Counted from the first letter of the stretch, positions 11,992-25,717 are shown. The stretch: 64,000 nt of DNA from Leucoraja ocellata (GCA_036785375.1 JAWMAR010000614.1:1-64000), one strand, 5' to 3'. A program made the numbers and translations. The notes: generated by a model not told the origin, from the sequence alone.

Positions 11992-13819
11992 GTATGGAAT
12001 ATAAAACACAATTAATATGCATGGTTAAGTTGTTAAGTCAATAGTTTGTATTCCAATAACCATGTAGAATGAACCTTCTTAGCTATATACGTGTAACCTC
12101 ATATCGACAGTGTCTATTAAATTCATTGAATTTAGAGCCATCGCAACAGTACCACATTTTAGATTGGCTAATTGTACTCATATTCACTGAAACACACCAA
12201 CCTCGCTTCCTTTATTGAGTAAATTGTATATCAAATATTTTTCTGGGTCTAGAGAACAGAGAGAAATTGTAGATTATTTCCATGCGGTAATAACGCACAA
12301 TGCACTGATGTGTTCGTGTCCAGCCCTTTCTTAGATGGAATTAGACAAGAAGACTTATCTTAATTTAAGAGCAACATTACTTGATGATCCAACACGTAGC
12401 AGTTTATGGATATCATAAAACAACACGTTGTTTATAAATGGTATAGCTTCTTTACAGATATAACATTGAGACTTTATGGAGTTTTATGTTACAAAGAAAC
12501 CTTAGTTTGGAAATGAAATATATAACAGAGTTTCTATTAGCTGAAAGGTGAATGGGTGGTTGAATCGATGGCAAGCTGGATGGTAGACAAAATATGATTG
12601 CAAATGAAAAGAGTTGACAGCCAGGGAGACGACGGATGGACATTCATCAGACAAAATTATCTAAATTTCCATCAGTAACTATGGAAATAAGCCCGAAATA
12701 AAGTTTAACTGAAAATCCCGTTGGTCAAAACGAATCTTCTCAGAGCAAACGAAAAATGCACGTAGCGTTTGAACACAACGTAATATTGGACGATAGCCAA
12801 AAATACCAGTTTTATTTATTGCAAAACAAAATCCGATGTTTAAACTCGCGTTTGCCACTTTAAAGCATGCGACAACATTGGCCTTTTTTGAGGGAAGGGG
12901 GTCACCGGGTCATGTATAAGCCTGACATCACTATGCTAGAGACTACTTTGTTGCTGCGACTTTTCGTTTTATTGTAACCAGAAGAAATATATTCGCATTT
13001 AGCTCGAAAGCATCAACTTGCCTTGTTTGGGGTTGTTGACAGGGCTATGTTAAGCAAGCCGTGTTTGGGGAGGGACTGGGTACGGTATGATAGTTATGTG
13101 TTTTGTTTCATCCTGCTGTCAAAGTTCAGTCGATTGGTGGTTTGCAGTGCTTACTTTGATGGTATCATGATCTCAGCATTGTACTTTTTATCTCTGCCGG
13201 CAGGTTTTCTGTGTATGAGGTTACTGGGCCATAGTATTCTTGGTTGCATTCACGTCGGAGTTCTGTTTTCATGTGTTCCTCATAACTTGTGTTATTAGGA
13301 TCCCCTGAGTCACGCCAGGTTGCTTTCCTGTACAATATTACCAGCAGGGTCGTGCTTCCGTTCGCACGCACCTCCCGTTTGTTTTTTTGTTGTTTTTTTT
13401 TTGTCGGGGGGTCTGTGTGTGGTAACCTGTGCTAAAGTCCTGTGATTGTTCTGCCATTCTCTGCACCTTGCTATCTCAGAGCAAGCTCCGTGAACCATGT
13501 ACAGACCAACTTTCTAGTTTCTCCACGACTGACTGATCAGCCTGCGCCAATCTCCGTCAGCAGGTTAAAAATACACACGCAGGCACACGCACGCACAACC
13601 AAAGGGGACAAAAATATGCATGCTCTCAGTTGTAACATCACCGGGTGAATATAAAGAGACACCATATCCGCTCCGGCCGCCTGAACTCTTTTCAAAGAAA
13701 CGCGGTGGCTGCAATTTCCGCTGTTTGAATTCGATGTGATTGAGCGCATTTTATTCCGACAAATACTCACTGCAAGTGTTCAAAGATGATGCCAAATTTT
13801 AAAACCGTGACTGACTACT

Positions 13820-14230
13820 GATTCAAGAGTCAAGAGTCAAGAGTGTTTATTGCCATATGTACCGATCAACGGAGTAATGGAATTGTTACTTGCAGCAGCA
13901 TGCAGGCCTGTAAACACAATACTAATAAAACACATAACTTAAAACACAATTAATTAATTAATTAATTAATTAATTTATAAAATAAAAACATAATTAGTGC
14001 TAAAGCGGAAGTGCTCTGTGCAACCAAGGCGGTTCATTGTTCATTTAGTGTTTGTGATATTCAAGAGCCTGAAGGTTGTTGGGAAGAAGTATTCTTAAAC
14101 CTGGTGTTCACAGTTTTCAGACTCCTAAACTTTCTTCCCAATGGTCGGAGTGAAATCACTCCTTAGTGTGGTGTGAGTCTTTGGCGATGTTGGCTGCCCT
14201 TTTTGTAGCAGCGCCTCCCATAGATCCCCT
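13820..14230 (-). mobile_element. Non-LTR retrotransposon 3' fragment (Rex1/Babar- or L2-like)
   Basis: (TCAAGAG)n tail followed by TTTATTGCCATATGT, and GGGAAGAAG...CTTAAACCTGG. Similar tails occur at about 15708 and 63858. The clade assignment is tentative. Confidence 0.6.
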
Positions 14231-16034
14231 CGATAGAGATGCTGCAATCTTTAGCTGGTCGCAAACTTTAGAATAAAAATATGCACTTGAATGAAACTTA
14301 GTGATTTGGGACTTAAATTGGGTGGTAACTCCTTCAGTCACAGGGTTTAGAATCACCACTTCAACAGAATGAAAGTAAATAGAATCAAGTCCCCTGTATA
14401 ACAACATACCTTTCGAACATTTTCCATTACAATGACTAAACTATAAAACAGATTTTTAAAGATGTATGTAATGCGCCCCCCCCCCCTTCCTAAAGTCTGA
14501 CTAACTTTTCACAAAAGAAACGGTGATCTGTACTTCTGCCTTAACTGACGCAGATAAGTAACGACACGGCAACAGCTGTGAGTTATTACAGCTACTAAGT
14601 TCTCCCAGAGTTATCTTTCCTTGTACCATTAACTTTCTTCAGAAGTACAGGCCATTACCAGTCAAATAATTTAGCCCTTGACACGTTTTGTAATCATTTT
14701 CTGTAAAGACAACGTCCTTAACCAAAAATTGCCTTTTAAAACAAAATTACAAGAAGGGCAACGGATTACATTTGCCGAGGAAGTAGCTTTTAAAGATTGG
14801 GAGTAAGATGAGCAAACTGTCAGATAAAGGCCGATGAATAATTGTAGCTCGGAGTGAACAAAGTAATTGCAAATTATCGCAGACTTTTCACACACATTAT
14901 ACTTTATAAAACTACCTCCTGAATCAGTTAGTGTTCGTGAGAATATCTTAAGCTATGAGGAGTTCTAACCAATGTTTGTAGCAATTTCCAGAAGTCTCCC
15001 AGCAAATCGGTGAAACACGCTAGACTGGCGATTTTCCACACTCTAGCTTTAAGTCACTTCAATCTGCAGCGAGCAAAGAGGAAAGTTATTTTCTACATAA
15101 GTAAATAGTTGGATGGGACTGTTCGTCTCCGTATCGGGAAATCTTCATCGTCTTTCCCCATTCGGATTGAGCAGTAATTATATGCGAAACATTGGCAAAA
15201 CAAACGCGTTGGAGGTAAAGATAGCTTCACCGGTACCTGGTGGTAAGTTCACACGAAAGGGTCGTGGAAACTGCGATAGAATATATAACAGAAACAGAAT
15301 AACAGAAATAGACGCAAAAGGAAGCCACTCGGCCCATCGCGTCTGTGCTTGTCATTAAAGAGCTACCCAGCCGAATCCAATTTTTCAGCACTTAGTCCCA
15401 GTAATCCCGGAGCAGTGACTGTCACAAAGACAAGAGGGCAATAAAACAATTCATTGTGCATAATTCAAGGATAACACCATTAAATCGTTTATATTTCAAT
15501 TTTTGCACATCATTAAGAGAATGGGTATTTGCATAAACATAGTTTCCCCATGGTGCCTCCGTTTATTCTTACACAAATTTTGTTTGATTATCTTATCAAC
15601 ATTTCAGGAAAGCTACTCTTGCATGTAAACTCTGTTTATAATCTAACACATTCATGTTTTTCATTCAATAAGAACTAGTTGAATATTATGCATTGTAGGG
15701 CTCTCCTTCAAGAGCCAAGAGTGTTTTATTGTCATATGCTCCAGACAGAACAATGGAATTCAAGTCCGATATTAGTTTGGTGGATCGGGTGAAGGCAATA
15801 TCAAATGGAATCCTCGCCCTAAATAAGACGTCCCGGCGCGGTTCATTAATGTGCTATATATTGAGTGGCTGAAACACCAGCACCTGCCTTACACCTGTCC
15901 GGCACCCAGAAAAAAATCAATGAGATGGAATTAGTTTGCTGAGGATAAAGATAGTCAATTGATACCAACTATGGCAAGGCATGTTGTGTTTGACAATTAT
16001 GGTGAAAGACGCTGAACAGATAAAGCAAATGGAA

Positions 16035-16650
16035 TCATAGAGTCGTAAATCAGATTATTATCCCACCACATCTATGTCGACCAGTGGTCACCCATCTGCA
16101 TTAATCTGGTTTTCCAGTACTTGACCCACAGCCTTCTATGCCCAGGTAGTTTAAGTGTTTGGCCAGTTAAATACTGCTCATGACTGTTTCTGTCACTCTC
16201 ACAGGCAGTTTATTCCATGTACACACCCCTCTCCGGGTGAAAACACTTGGCCCCAGTTCCCCTTTAAATATCTTACCTATAACCCTTAATCAATGTGATC
16301 TAGCTTTATTTCTCTCCAACGTTATGCAGTTTACCATTTTTTTGCCTGTGATCTTTTTAATTTCAAAACTAAACTTTAGTCTTAATAAATAAACAAATAC
16401 AAAACAGCAACCGTGCAAAACTCATAATACATTATACACAAGTACAGAGTAGTAACAAAATCAAGACTGCCATTTGTAGTTTGCAATGAAATAGTTATCA
16501 GATTAAAATATTACCCTGGTGTATATTCCTTAATCATATCCCCTCTTATTTTCCACCACTGCGGGGAAAGCGGACCTAGCATCTCCGGTCTCTACTCATA
16601 ACAGAAATACTCCATCTCAGGCAAAATCATGTTGTAAATCCTCCACAGGC
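16035..16650 (-). mobile_element. Degenerate CR1-type LINE 3' fragment (interrupted at about 16330-16520)
   Basis: ATCATAGAGTC tail and CACAGGCAGTTTATTCCAT...CACCCCTCTCCGGGTGAAAA, the reverse of the FFTQRVV region. Confidence 0.6.
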
Positions 16651-17069
16651 ATGGAGATTCCGTAGTTGGTCCATTTTCATAGAGAGGCTCATTGATTTAA
16701 AATTTAAAAAAAAACTAACCAATGGCGCAAGATTCCCAGCGAGAAAACGATTGACACAGAGTGAGAAAAATGCTGTTGCTAAGTTGAAAGTGGTGCAGTA
16801 CAAAGGGCAAGGTTACCACCCCTTTATTCCCAGTATACAGAAAAAAACATTAATCATGAGTATAATGAAGGTATGGGAAAATGCGTCGTACAGTCTTTAG
16901 CTGCAAAACTGATAAAACACGTTTTACGTGTTAGAAGAATTTGGACCTAATGCCTGAGATAGGGATTAAATCATTTATCGTTATTTTATTCATTGAACTA
17001 TGGGTGATTGGTGACAGATTTGCCTATGCCCATATTGCTATTCCCCCCCCCCCCCCCCCCCCCCACTCC

Positions 17070-17220
17070 AATCATCCTGAAGATGGGTCCCCACCCGAAA
17101 CATCAGCTGTCCATTCCCTCCACAGATGATGCCTGAACCATTGAGTGAACCGTTGAGTTGAGCAAAGCACAGCATCTTGTGTTTTGCTCAAAATTCCAGC
17201 ACCTGCAGTTTCTTGTGGTC
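17070..17220 (+). mobile_element. Penelope-like terminal-repeat fragment with a hammerhead core (17077-17104)
   Basis: CTGAAGA-TGGGT-CCCC-ACCC-GAAAC-ATC followed by CACAGATGATGCCTGA...CAGCACCTGCAGTT. Confidence 0.7.
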
Positions 17221-17389
17221 CCATATTCCTTATCAATTTCAGTTGACAGAGATCTAGCAATTCTAGATTTGTTACTAACAAAAACTCCTAACATCTATTC
17301 TATTTGCAGAAAAAGAGACTGCAATGTTTTACCACTTTTTCCATGGTGATGGATTTCCTTTTGTTTGCTCTGCGTGAGCTGGCTCTAAT

Positions 17390-18290
17390 TTTTAGACAAT
17401 GCTTCCCAGTATGAAATTAAGCAGACAGGGGAAGTGAGCTTTTTGAAGCACTCCATCAGTTTCAATAGACAACCTGAAATTGATCAGACCACTTCTTAAA
17501 TTTCTACATTTCAGAGAATGCCAACCTAGATTTTCTAAACTTTTCTTGTAATTATAATCCTGGAGCTTGGGTATAGCTCTGGTAAATCTATGCTGCACTC
17601 TCCCTGTAAAGCTAATATTTTCTTCATTCACATTCCTTCCATTGTGCTCGAACCCAATCTTTGTATAGTCGTTGCCTATCTCTTCATATTCAGCCTTTGT
17701 ATTCTACAATCTCCTTGATGTAAAGATCAGGATTGCATTTATCTTTTTATCAATACATACGGATTGATGTGCCTCTGGGCATCCCATTATTTCTAGATTT
17801 TCACTATTTGTAAGACACTGTTACGCCTCTTTTTCAGGTCCACCTTGGATGACTTCACATTATTTCGCTTAAAATGTATTTCCCCTTAATTTTGTCCTTT
17901 GACTTAATGCTTTCATATAAATCATTCATTATGGTCCCCATCTTTATGCCGCTTTCCATCTCATCCGCTATACAATATGTTCTTGAGACACCGATATAGA
18001 ATAGTTCTGGCTACATATTGCAAATAAGAAACTTTTCCTGCTATCACATCTAGCACATAGCCAAATTCTGGGCCAGGTCACACATCTGCATCCATTTCAT
18101 CTTCTGCTGATTGTCTTTATTAAATGCCTTCTTGAAAACTACGTAAATAAAATCAACTGTAACTCCCGTATCAACTTGCTTAGTTGCATTTTAAAATTGT
18201 AATCATGTTCATCGGGTATGACTTCTAGCTGGGTCAAAATTGCAACATGTTCCTTCACGTTGTTCTTTATACTGAATTCAACAACTGAAG
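17390..18290 (-). mobile_element. Highly degenerate CR1-type LINE ORF2 remnant
   Basis: ORF 17392-17631(-) reads VQHRFTRAIPKLQDYNYKKSLENLGWHSL, resembling the CR1 motif VQRRFTRMIPGL...YEERLxxLGL. Confidence 0.55.
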
Positions 18291-18339
18291 TTCGTTAAAA
18301 TAATTAATAATTCCTTGCTATCCCTCTGTCATCTTTCTT

Positions 18340-18800
18340 TCTTTTAAAATCTTTTTATTAGCTTTTTTTCCAAAAAGAAAAACAAAAACAAAAAACAAAA
18401 CAAAAAGAATAATGATAAACATAACAATGATATTGATACATAGGGATCAGGATTACATTAATAACAGGTATAACCTAAATATGAGTCCAGTATCAAAATA
18501 CACATTGAATATAGACCTCCCGGTCTCTATGTAAATATAGTTAAATGTTTAAAAGAAAACTTATATATGTAGAAAAAACACTAAAAGATAAAAAGAAAAA
18601 AAAAAAAAAGAGAAAAAAGGAAGAAACAAAACAGCCTTCAACTAGAAAAAAAAGCAAAACAGAATATGAGCTGAGAATTTCAACAATATAAGTCCCTATT
18701 TGTCGACCTATGTCATCTTTGATAGTGGATCTTAATTCTGAAAAACATGGCAAAATTGTAGCCACATCATCTATGTCAAATAGTCCTTTTAAATCCATGG
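18340..18800 (-). mobile_element. Probable L1/Tx1-like 3' end
   Basis: TTTTTATT (AATAAA on the minus strand) followed by long A-rich tracts, a layout typical of a polyadenylated retroelement 3' UTR. No protein evidence. Confidence 0.35.
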
Positions 18801-18861
18801 AATGGAAATTCTCCAGACCTCCTTTTAGTCATTGTCATTATTGTATTAATCTACCAGCTGC

Positions 18862-19125
18862 CACAGAGTTGCTGTGTTACAGCGCCAGAGACCTGGGTTC
18901 AATCCTGGCCTCGCTAGTTTGCATGTTCTCCCTGTGTCTGCATGGGTTTTCTCTGGGTGCTCCGGTTTCCTCCCACATCCCAAAGATGTGCAGGTTTGTA
19001 GGTTCTTTGGCCTTTGTAAAATCGTGAAAGAGGAATAACATGGAGCTAGCGTAAACGATGTTCAGCATTGACTATGTGGGTCGAAAGGCCTATTTCCATG
19101 CTGCATCTCTAAACTAAACCAAACT
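18862..19125 (+). mobile_element. tRNA-derived V-SINE (HE1-like)
   Basis: B box GGGTTCAATCC at about 18895, V-domain GTTTGCATGTTCTCCC...GGGTGCTCCGGTTTCCTCCCACA, and a LINE-like tail ending in (CTAAA)n. Confidence 0.8.
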
Positions 19126-19464
19126 ATTGTTACTTTCCTTAAAATAGTTTTGACAAGTCCCGTCCCTGGTTACTTTAATAACCACAAACTGTTGGAAAGC
19201 GGCCAATCAAAGTCACTACAGAGAGAAACAACGTTCTCGTTTCAAGATTATGACCTGTTAACATCAGAGATGTTAAGTGTCAAAAATATTAAAATCTGTG
19301 AAAATCTGAACTCTGTTCATCAGATTTGCTTCACAGATGCTGCGTGTGCTGCTGAATATTTCCAGTATTTTCCATTTCTATTCCATGTTTATAATATCTG
19401 AAGTATTTTGCGTTTGCATTGGTATTAGTTCCCAAAGGATATTAAAGTTCTATCCTCTAAGAGA

Positions 19465-20225
19465 CAGAGATTCATACTCTGTGAAAAGAGGCCCTTTGGT
19501 CCAACTTGCCCATGCTGACCAAGATGCTCCATCTACACTAGTCCCACCTGCATGCATTTGGCCCAAATTGCTCTAAACTTGTTTTATCCATGTGCCTGTC
19601 CAAATGTCTTTTCAATATTGTTGTTACACCTGCCTCAATTACTTTCTTTGATAACTCGTTCCCCTTAGGTTGCTATTAAATCTTTCCCATCTCACCTTAT
19701 ACCTATAGAGTCATACAGTGTGGAAACAGGCCCTTCTGCCCAACTCACCCACACTGGCCAACAATATCCCAGCTCCCCTAATCCCACTTGCATGCGCTTG
19801 GTGCATAACCCTCCAAACCTGTCCTATCCATGTACCTGTCCAACTGTTTCTTAAATGATGGGATAGTCCCAGCCTCAACTACCTCCTCTGGCAGCTTGTT
19901 CCATACACCCACCACTCTCTATGTGAAAAAGTTATCCCTCTGATTCCTATTAAATATTTTCCTCTTCAGCTTGAACCTATGCCCTCTGGTCCTCAATTCC
20001 CCTAATCGTGACAAAAGGCTCTGTGCTTCTACCCGATCTATTCCTCTCATGATTTTGTATACTTCTATAAGATATCCCCTCATCCTCCTACACTCCATGG
20101 AATAGAGACTCAACCTGTCCCCATAGCTTACACCCTCCAGTCCTCGTCAGCATTATGTCCACTAGTTCATGATTCCTCTACTCAGGGGAAACGATTCTGT
20201 GCATCTACCCTATCCATTCCCCTTA
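19465..20225 (-). mobile_element. Nested CR1-type LINEs (inner copy at about 19706-20150)
   Basis: ORF 19919-20113(-) reads RRMRGYLIEVYKIMRGIDRV...RTRGHRFKL...FFT. The outer copy breaks at about 19705 and resumes at about 20153. Confidence 0.8.
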
Positions 20226-21324
20226 CAAACTCTTCTATTTAAATACTAACACAAAATAATTATTCAGCATCTAATATTTTTGTATTTTTTATGTACAATA
20301 TTATTATTGCTCATTTTCAATGTGGCATACTTTCGTTTCCCTAATATACTTGTAAAAGCACATATTAATTTTGATACCCTTTACAATTCATTTTCCACAT
20401 ATATTTGGGACATTTGCAGAATTTTCCTGCAGAAAATTGCTCTAAATGGTTTGAAAAAAATCTGTAATTTTCTGACTTGAGCAAGGAAATTGATGAAAGA
20501 CCCACATATTCCAGCATTTCTCCCCTCAGGATAGACTTGCTGACTTCCAATTTCTATAGACTGTAATCCAAGCGCACAGCATTTTACACCTATTTTCAGT
20601 CTATATTATTTATATTATGTTGTTACATTACAGTTAGCAAATGTAATGTACGGATAATTACTCTCTAAGAAACCGAAAATCATCCACTTCTTCTGGATAT
20701 CCAGGGAATGAAGGGATGTGGATTTTGTGCAAGTAGTTAAGAAATGGCTTGGCATAATGTTCAACACAGTCATTGTCTGCTGAGGGGTCTGTTCTTGGTC
20801 TGTACCAAAATTATGTTCCAAAATTGCTTTGCTTTTGCTGCATCTTTGCATTTATACATTCTAAACTTTGTATCTGCTGCCAGGAATTCTGTACTTACTA
20901 AATTTACAGTGTGGACATTGCTATTCGTACTCATAACATTTCTACATTCTATTTATTATTTGTTACAGCATCATTCATCATGCAGTGTCTTGATGATGTT
21001 ACAAGCACTCCCTGGACCACAATCCCTGACCTATCCTTCTGGTCTAATCTTTTGTTGAGATAGTTTAAATTTATTTATGTTGGTTTACTGACTTTGTCTT
21101 TTGGATATTCCTTTAATGCTCAAATTATTATTTCTGATAAGCAACATACTTTATTTTGTTTCTTTAGATTGATTATTATTTCTAATATTTCCACCTAGGC
21201 TTTCTCTCCACTTCAATACATTTACGAGTTTTGTCCTCTTCGTTATCATAGGTATCTTTTCCAGTCTGAATCTACTACAACCATACTGGTCCTTCTAGTC
21301 CCATTAAAGCTTCCAGTCCATTTA

Positions 21325-21800
21325 GAATCATAGAGTCATACAGCATAGGAACAGGCTCTTTGGCCCAACTTGCCCATACCAATCAACATGCCCCATCTAC
21401 ACTAGTCCCACCTGCCTACATTCTGTGCATATCATTCTATTCCTATCCTATCCATACACCTGACCAAATGTCTCATAAACTTTGCAATATTACGTGGGTC
21501 AACTATCTCCTCTGGCAGCTGTTCCATACACCTACCATTCTTTGTGTATAAAAGCTACCCTTCAGGTTTCTATTAAATCTTTCCCTCCATGTCCCCTACT
21601 CTGGGTAAAAGATTCTCTGTGTTTACCCAATCTATTCCTCTAATGATTTTGTACATCTCTATAAGATCACCCATCATCTATGCTCGAAGGGATAAAGAGG
21701 CCTACTCAACCTCTCCCTATAGCTCAGGACCTCTGTCCTGGCAGCATCCTCATAAATCTTCTCTGCACCCTTTCCAGCTTGACAACGTCTTTGCTATTGT
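21325..21800 (-). mobile_element. CR1-type LINE 3' fragment
   Basis: ATCATAGAGTCATACAGC tail; similar to the copies at 19465-20225. Confidence 0.75.
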
Positions 21801-22229
21801 ACTCTGTTTCTGCAATCCTTCTTGCTCTCCCCACTATACTTATAAATGCATCTATGGCATAAGTAACTATAACGATAAAGCAAATGTGATCTTTTATGCT
21901 CTTTTCTTTAATTTAATTCCTAGTTCTTGACACTGTCTATATAAATACTCCTTGTTTTTGCAGGTCACACCTCCTTTGGTAGTTTGTACACATTGAACAT
22001 AGAACAGTACAGCACAGGAACAGACCCTTTGGCCCACAATGTCTGTGCCGAACATGATGCCAAGTTTTCTTGATACAACAAGCTTTCTACAGTTTGCAAT
22101 GTAATATTGAGATTGTTTGAGGTTAGGAATTTAAATACCACTAACTCATTGGTAGAACTCCCTTGTTTGTGGTGGAGAGATTTTTGGAAGAAAACTTACT
22201 TGGCTTCACTTTTCAGCTTTGTCCATGCC

Positions 22230-22613
22230 AAACGTACAAAATTCTTAAAGGGTTGGACAGGCTAGATGCAGGAAGATTATTCCCGATGTTGGGGAAGTCC
22301 AGAACTAGGGGTCACAGTTTAAGGATAAGAGGGAAGTCTTTTAGGACCGAGATGAGAAAATCATTTTTTACACAGAGAGTGGTGAATCTGTGGAATTCTC
22401 TGCCACAGAAGGTAGTTGAGGCCAGTTCATTGGCTATATTTAAGAGGGAGTTAGATGTGGCCCTTGTGGCTAAAGGGATCAGGGGGTATGGAGAGAAGAC
22501 AGGGATGGGACACTGAGTTGGATGATCAGTCATGATCATATCGAATGGTGGTGCAGGCTCGAAGGGCCGAATGGCCTACTCCTGCACCTATTTTCTATGT
22601 TTCTATGTTTCTA
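22230..22613 (+). mobile_element. Young CR1-type (HER1-like) LINE 3' fragment
   Basis: Reads TYKILKGLDRLDAGRLFPMLGKSRTRGHSLRIRG...FFTQRVVNLWNSLPQKVVEA and ends in a (TTTCTATG)n tail. Confidence 0.92.
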
Positions 22614-24392
22614 AAAGAAATTAAGCAGAACAGGGGTCACAGCTGATCTGCCCAGTGAACCCATATCACCCAGGAAACTCTAGAAAGAGATGCTCAACAT
22701 TTGCAAATGCAAAATGCTAATAGTCTGTTTTTGGCAGCCACCCTTAATGCCTAAAAGTGCCACTCAACAAATATCTGGTTGGATGTTTATGAGGTGATTA
22801 ATCCCATAACTAGTCTTTACTACATCCATTTTCACCAATGAAATAGGGTAAGACCTATTGCTCTATTCAGAACTTGCTGACAACTCGTAAGTAGGAGACC
22901 TGGCAGAGGAAGATGTGTTGGTTGATAGGAATGGCAGACAGATGTTGAGCAGAATGGCAGACAGATGTCAGAAGAAATTTAAAATAAATACATATGAAGC
23001 ACTACATAATGAGACATTAAACAGGAAATGAATGCATGCAGTTAGTTAAAAGAAGAGAAAACAATCTTAAGAGTTCCCATTCATGGTTGTCTGTAATTGC
23101 CAGCATAGATAGATTAGTGATAAGAACCTCAATATAATAAAGAAGCAATGATGAATTCACAATAAACATTTATTAGGTCACCGTTAGAATACAATGTGCA
23201 TCCCACTATTGGAACAGCATCAAAAATATAAAATATGTTCATACTGATCTCCCCATAATGATGCTTGTGATGGAGTCATGATATTGAAGTGTGGGGTGAG
23301 TATCTTGGTGTATTATTTTGAGAGAAGCTCAGCAAAACTCACATAGAAACTGGGTAATGATACCACCATTTCAGTATAGTAACCGTGCAAATGTATATCT
23401 ATACCACTTCTACATTTCAGTAGTATTCAGAAGGCAATCAGGCCTCTCAAGGACATTCTCAAACAGGCCTGTTTTTACTGAATTGGGGGAAGGTAAAAAT
23501 AAATTGACTGACGTTATTCAGTGAATAGGAATGATGGATTCTTCTGGTGGGGAACTGTTAATAAGAATTTGACAGTTGAAATAATCAGTAAAATTCATCA
23601 GGGAGAGCTTGTGGGAAATTTCTTTAGTCAGAAGATTCATAGAACATGCAATATTATTTCTTAGGAAGTCTTTGGTATTGATATTATTATCGGTATTGGT
23701 TTATTATTGTCACATGTACCAAAATACAGTGAAAAATTTTGCTTTGCCTGAAATCCAGGTAAAAACAACCATACTTGATTTCAAACAAAACCATACAGAA
23801 GTGTACAGGTGGTGCAAAGAGAGTAAGTAAAAAACTAATGCAGAATATGGTACAGCAGCTGATGAAAAAGAGCAATGGTCACAATGAGGTAGAGGTGGAT
23901 CAGGAATACATCCTTAGCTTAGCATTCAATTCACTGAAAGCAGCGGGAAAGAAGTTGATGTGTAGGAAAAAACTGCAGATGCGGGTTTAAGCCGATGATA
24001 GACACAAAATGCTGGAGTAACTCAGCAAGACAGGCAGCATCTCTGGAGAGAAGGAATGGGTGGCATTTCGGGTTTCGCAAGAGGTACTGTCAGTCACGCT
24101 GAGTTACTCCAGCATTTTGTGTCCATCTTCGGGAAAGAAGCAAACCTTGAATCTTTTCAGCTTTTGTATCTTTATCTTAAAAAGAGAGGTGGGAGATGAC
24201 ATGACTGCAGTGTGATTGGTCCTTGATTATGTTGTCTGCTTTCCCAAAGCAGTGTGAAGTGTAGATAGAGTTAAAGGTGGTTAGTGGGTGGGAGGCTGGT
24301 CCCACTGAGTTACTTCAGCATTTTGTGTCTAGCTTGTAATTTCCAGTGGGCTTTTGCTTGCCGATTTTCCTTAGTCTTCTGAGGAAGTTAAG

Positions 24393-24416
24393 TAACCCTA
24401 ACCCTAACCCTAACCC
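24393..24416 (-). repeat. Short interstitial telomeric repeat (TAACCC)4
   Basis: TAACCCTAACCCTAACCCTAACCC, read as GGGTTAGGGTTAGGGTTAGGGTTA on the minus strand. Confidence 0.9.
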
Positions 24417-24492
24417 TTTTTTAAAATTATAATTAACAATCGAAAACACCGTTATTCTTTGTACTGATTCCAGGTTTGTTTCCGTGAACAGC

Positions 24493-25130
24493 AGAAATGG
24501 CCTTCATAACAAGAGGAGTTGAGCATAGGAGCAAAGAGGGCCTTCTGCAGTTGTACAGTGCCCTAGTGAGACCACACCTGGAGTATTGTGTGCAGTTTTG
24601 GTCTCCAAATTTGAAGAAGGACATTCTTGCTATTGAAGGAGTGCATCGTAGGTTCACAAGGTTAATTCCCGAGATGGCGGGACTGTCATATGTTGATAGA
24701 ATGGAGCGGCTGGGCTTGTATACTCTGGAGTTTAGAAGGATTATTTAAAACTATATGATTATTGTGGGATTGGACATGGTAAAGGCAGGAAACATGTTCC
24801 CGATATTTTGGGAATCCAGAACCAGGGGCTACAGTTTAAGAATTAGGGGTAGGCCATTTAGAATGGAGATGCGGAGAAACTTTTTCACCCAGAGAGTTGT
24901 GAATCTGTGGAATTTTTGCCTCAGAAGGCAGTGGAGGCCAATTCTCTGGATGCTTTCAAGAGAGAGTTAGATAGCGCTCTTAAAGATAGCGGAGTCAGGG
25001 GATATGGCGAGAAGGCAGGAACGGGGTACTGATTGTGGATGATCAGCTATGATCATATTGAATGGCGGTGCTGGCTCGAAGGGCCGAATGGCCTACTCCT
25101 GCACCTATTGTCTATTGTCTATTGTCTATT
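24493..25130 (+). mobile_element. Young CR1-type LINE 3' fragment
   Basis: Reads [19 protein letters not shown]...RRFTRLIP and FFTQRVVNLW; (TCTATTG)n tail. Confidence 0.93.
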
Positions 25131-25255
25131 GGCATTGGTGTGTTTTCTTGGCAGTAGTACCAATGTGATTGGACCATGACATTGTTGATGATATTTACAC
25201 CAAGGATCTTCAAGCTATTGACCATCCCCACTTCAGCACCATCAATGTAGATGGG

Positions 25256-25350
25256 GGTCTGAAGAAGGGTCTCAACCTGAAGCGTCACCCATTCCTTCTC
25301 TCCAGAGATGCTGCCTGTCCCGCTGAGTTACTCCAGCATTTTGTGTCTAT
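25256..25350 (+). mobile_element. Penelope-like terminal-repeat fragment
   Basis: GTCTGAAGAAGGGTCTCAACCTGAAGCGTCACCCATTCC...GAGATGCTGCCTGTCCCGCTGAGTTACTCCAGCATTTTGTGTCTA. Confidence 0.8.
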
Positions 25351-25717
25351 GTAGATTTGGGCATGTATTTCATCACATTTTCTGAAGTTAATGTGGGAGA
25401 GGTTATTGTCTTGACACCATGTTACTAAGGTCTCTATGTCCTTAACGTACTTCATCCCTTTATTGTTTGAGGTTCAGCCTGCTATTGTGATGTCACCTGC
25501 AAACTCATAAAAGAAGCAAGAGCAGAATTTGGCTGCACAATGTCGAGTGTATACATAGTATAATAAGGGGCTGAAATAGCAGCCATCTTGGGTGCTACGG
25601 TGAAAATGATTGTGGAGGATGTATTGCCATCTATCGTTATTAATTACAGTTTATGGGTGAGCAGTCAAGGATCCAGAGGGGGTTGCCAAATCTTCAGTCA
25701 TTGAGTTTGGAGAATAC

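Noticed and set aside
18862-18910. tRNA gene suggested by the GGTTCAATCC B box
   Set aside because: It is the truncated tRNA-derived head of a V-SINE and no cloverleaf can be completed.
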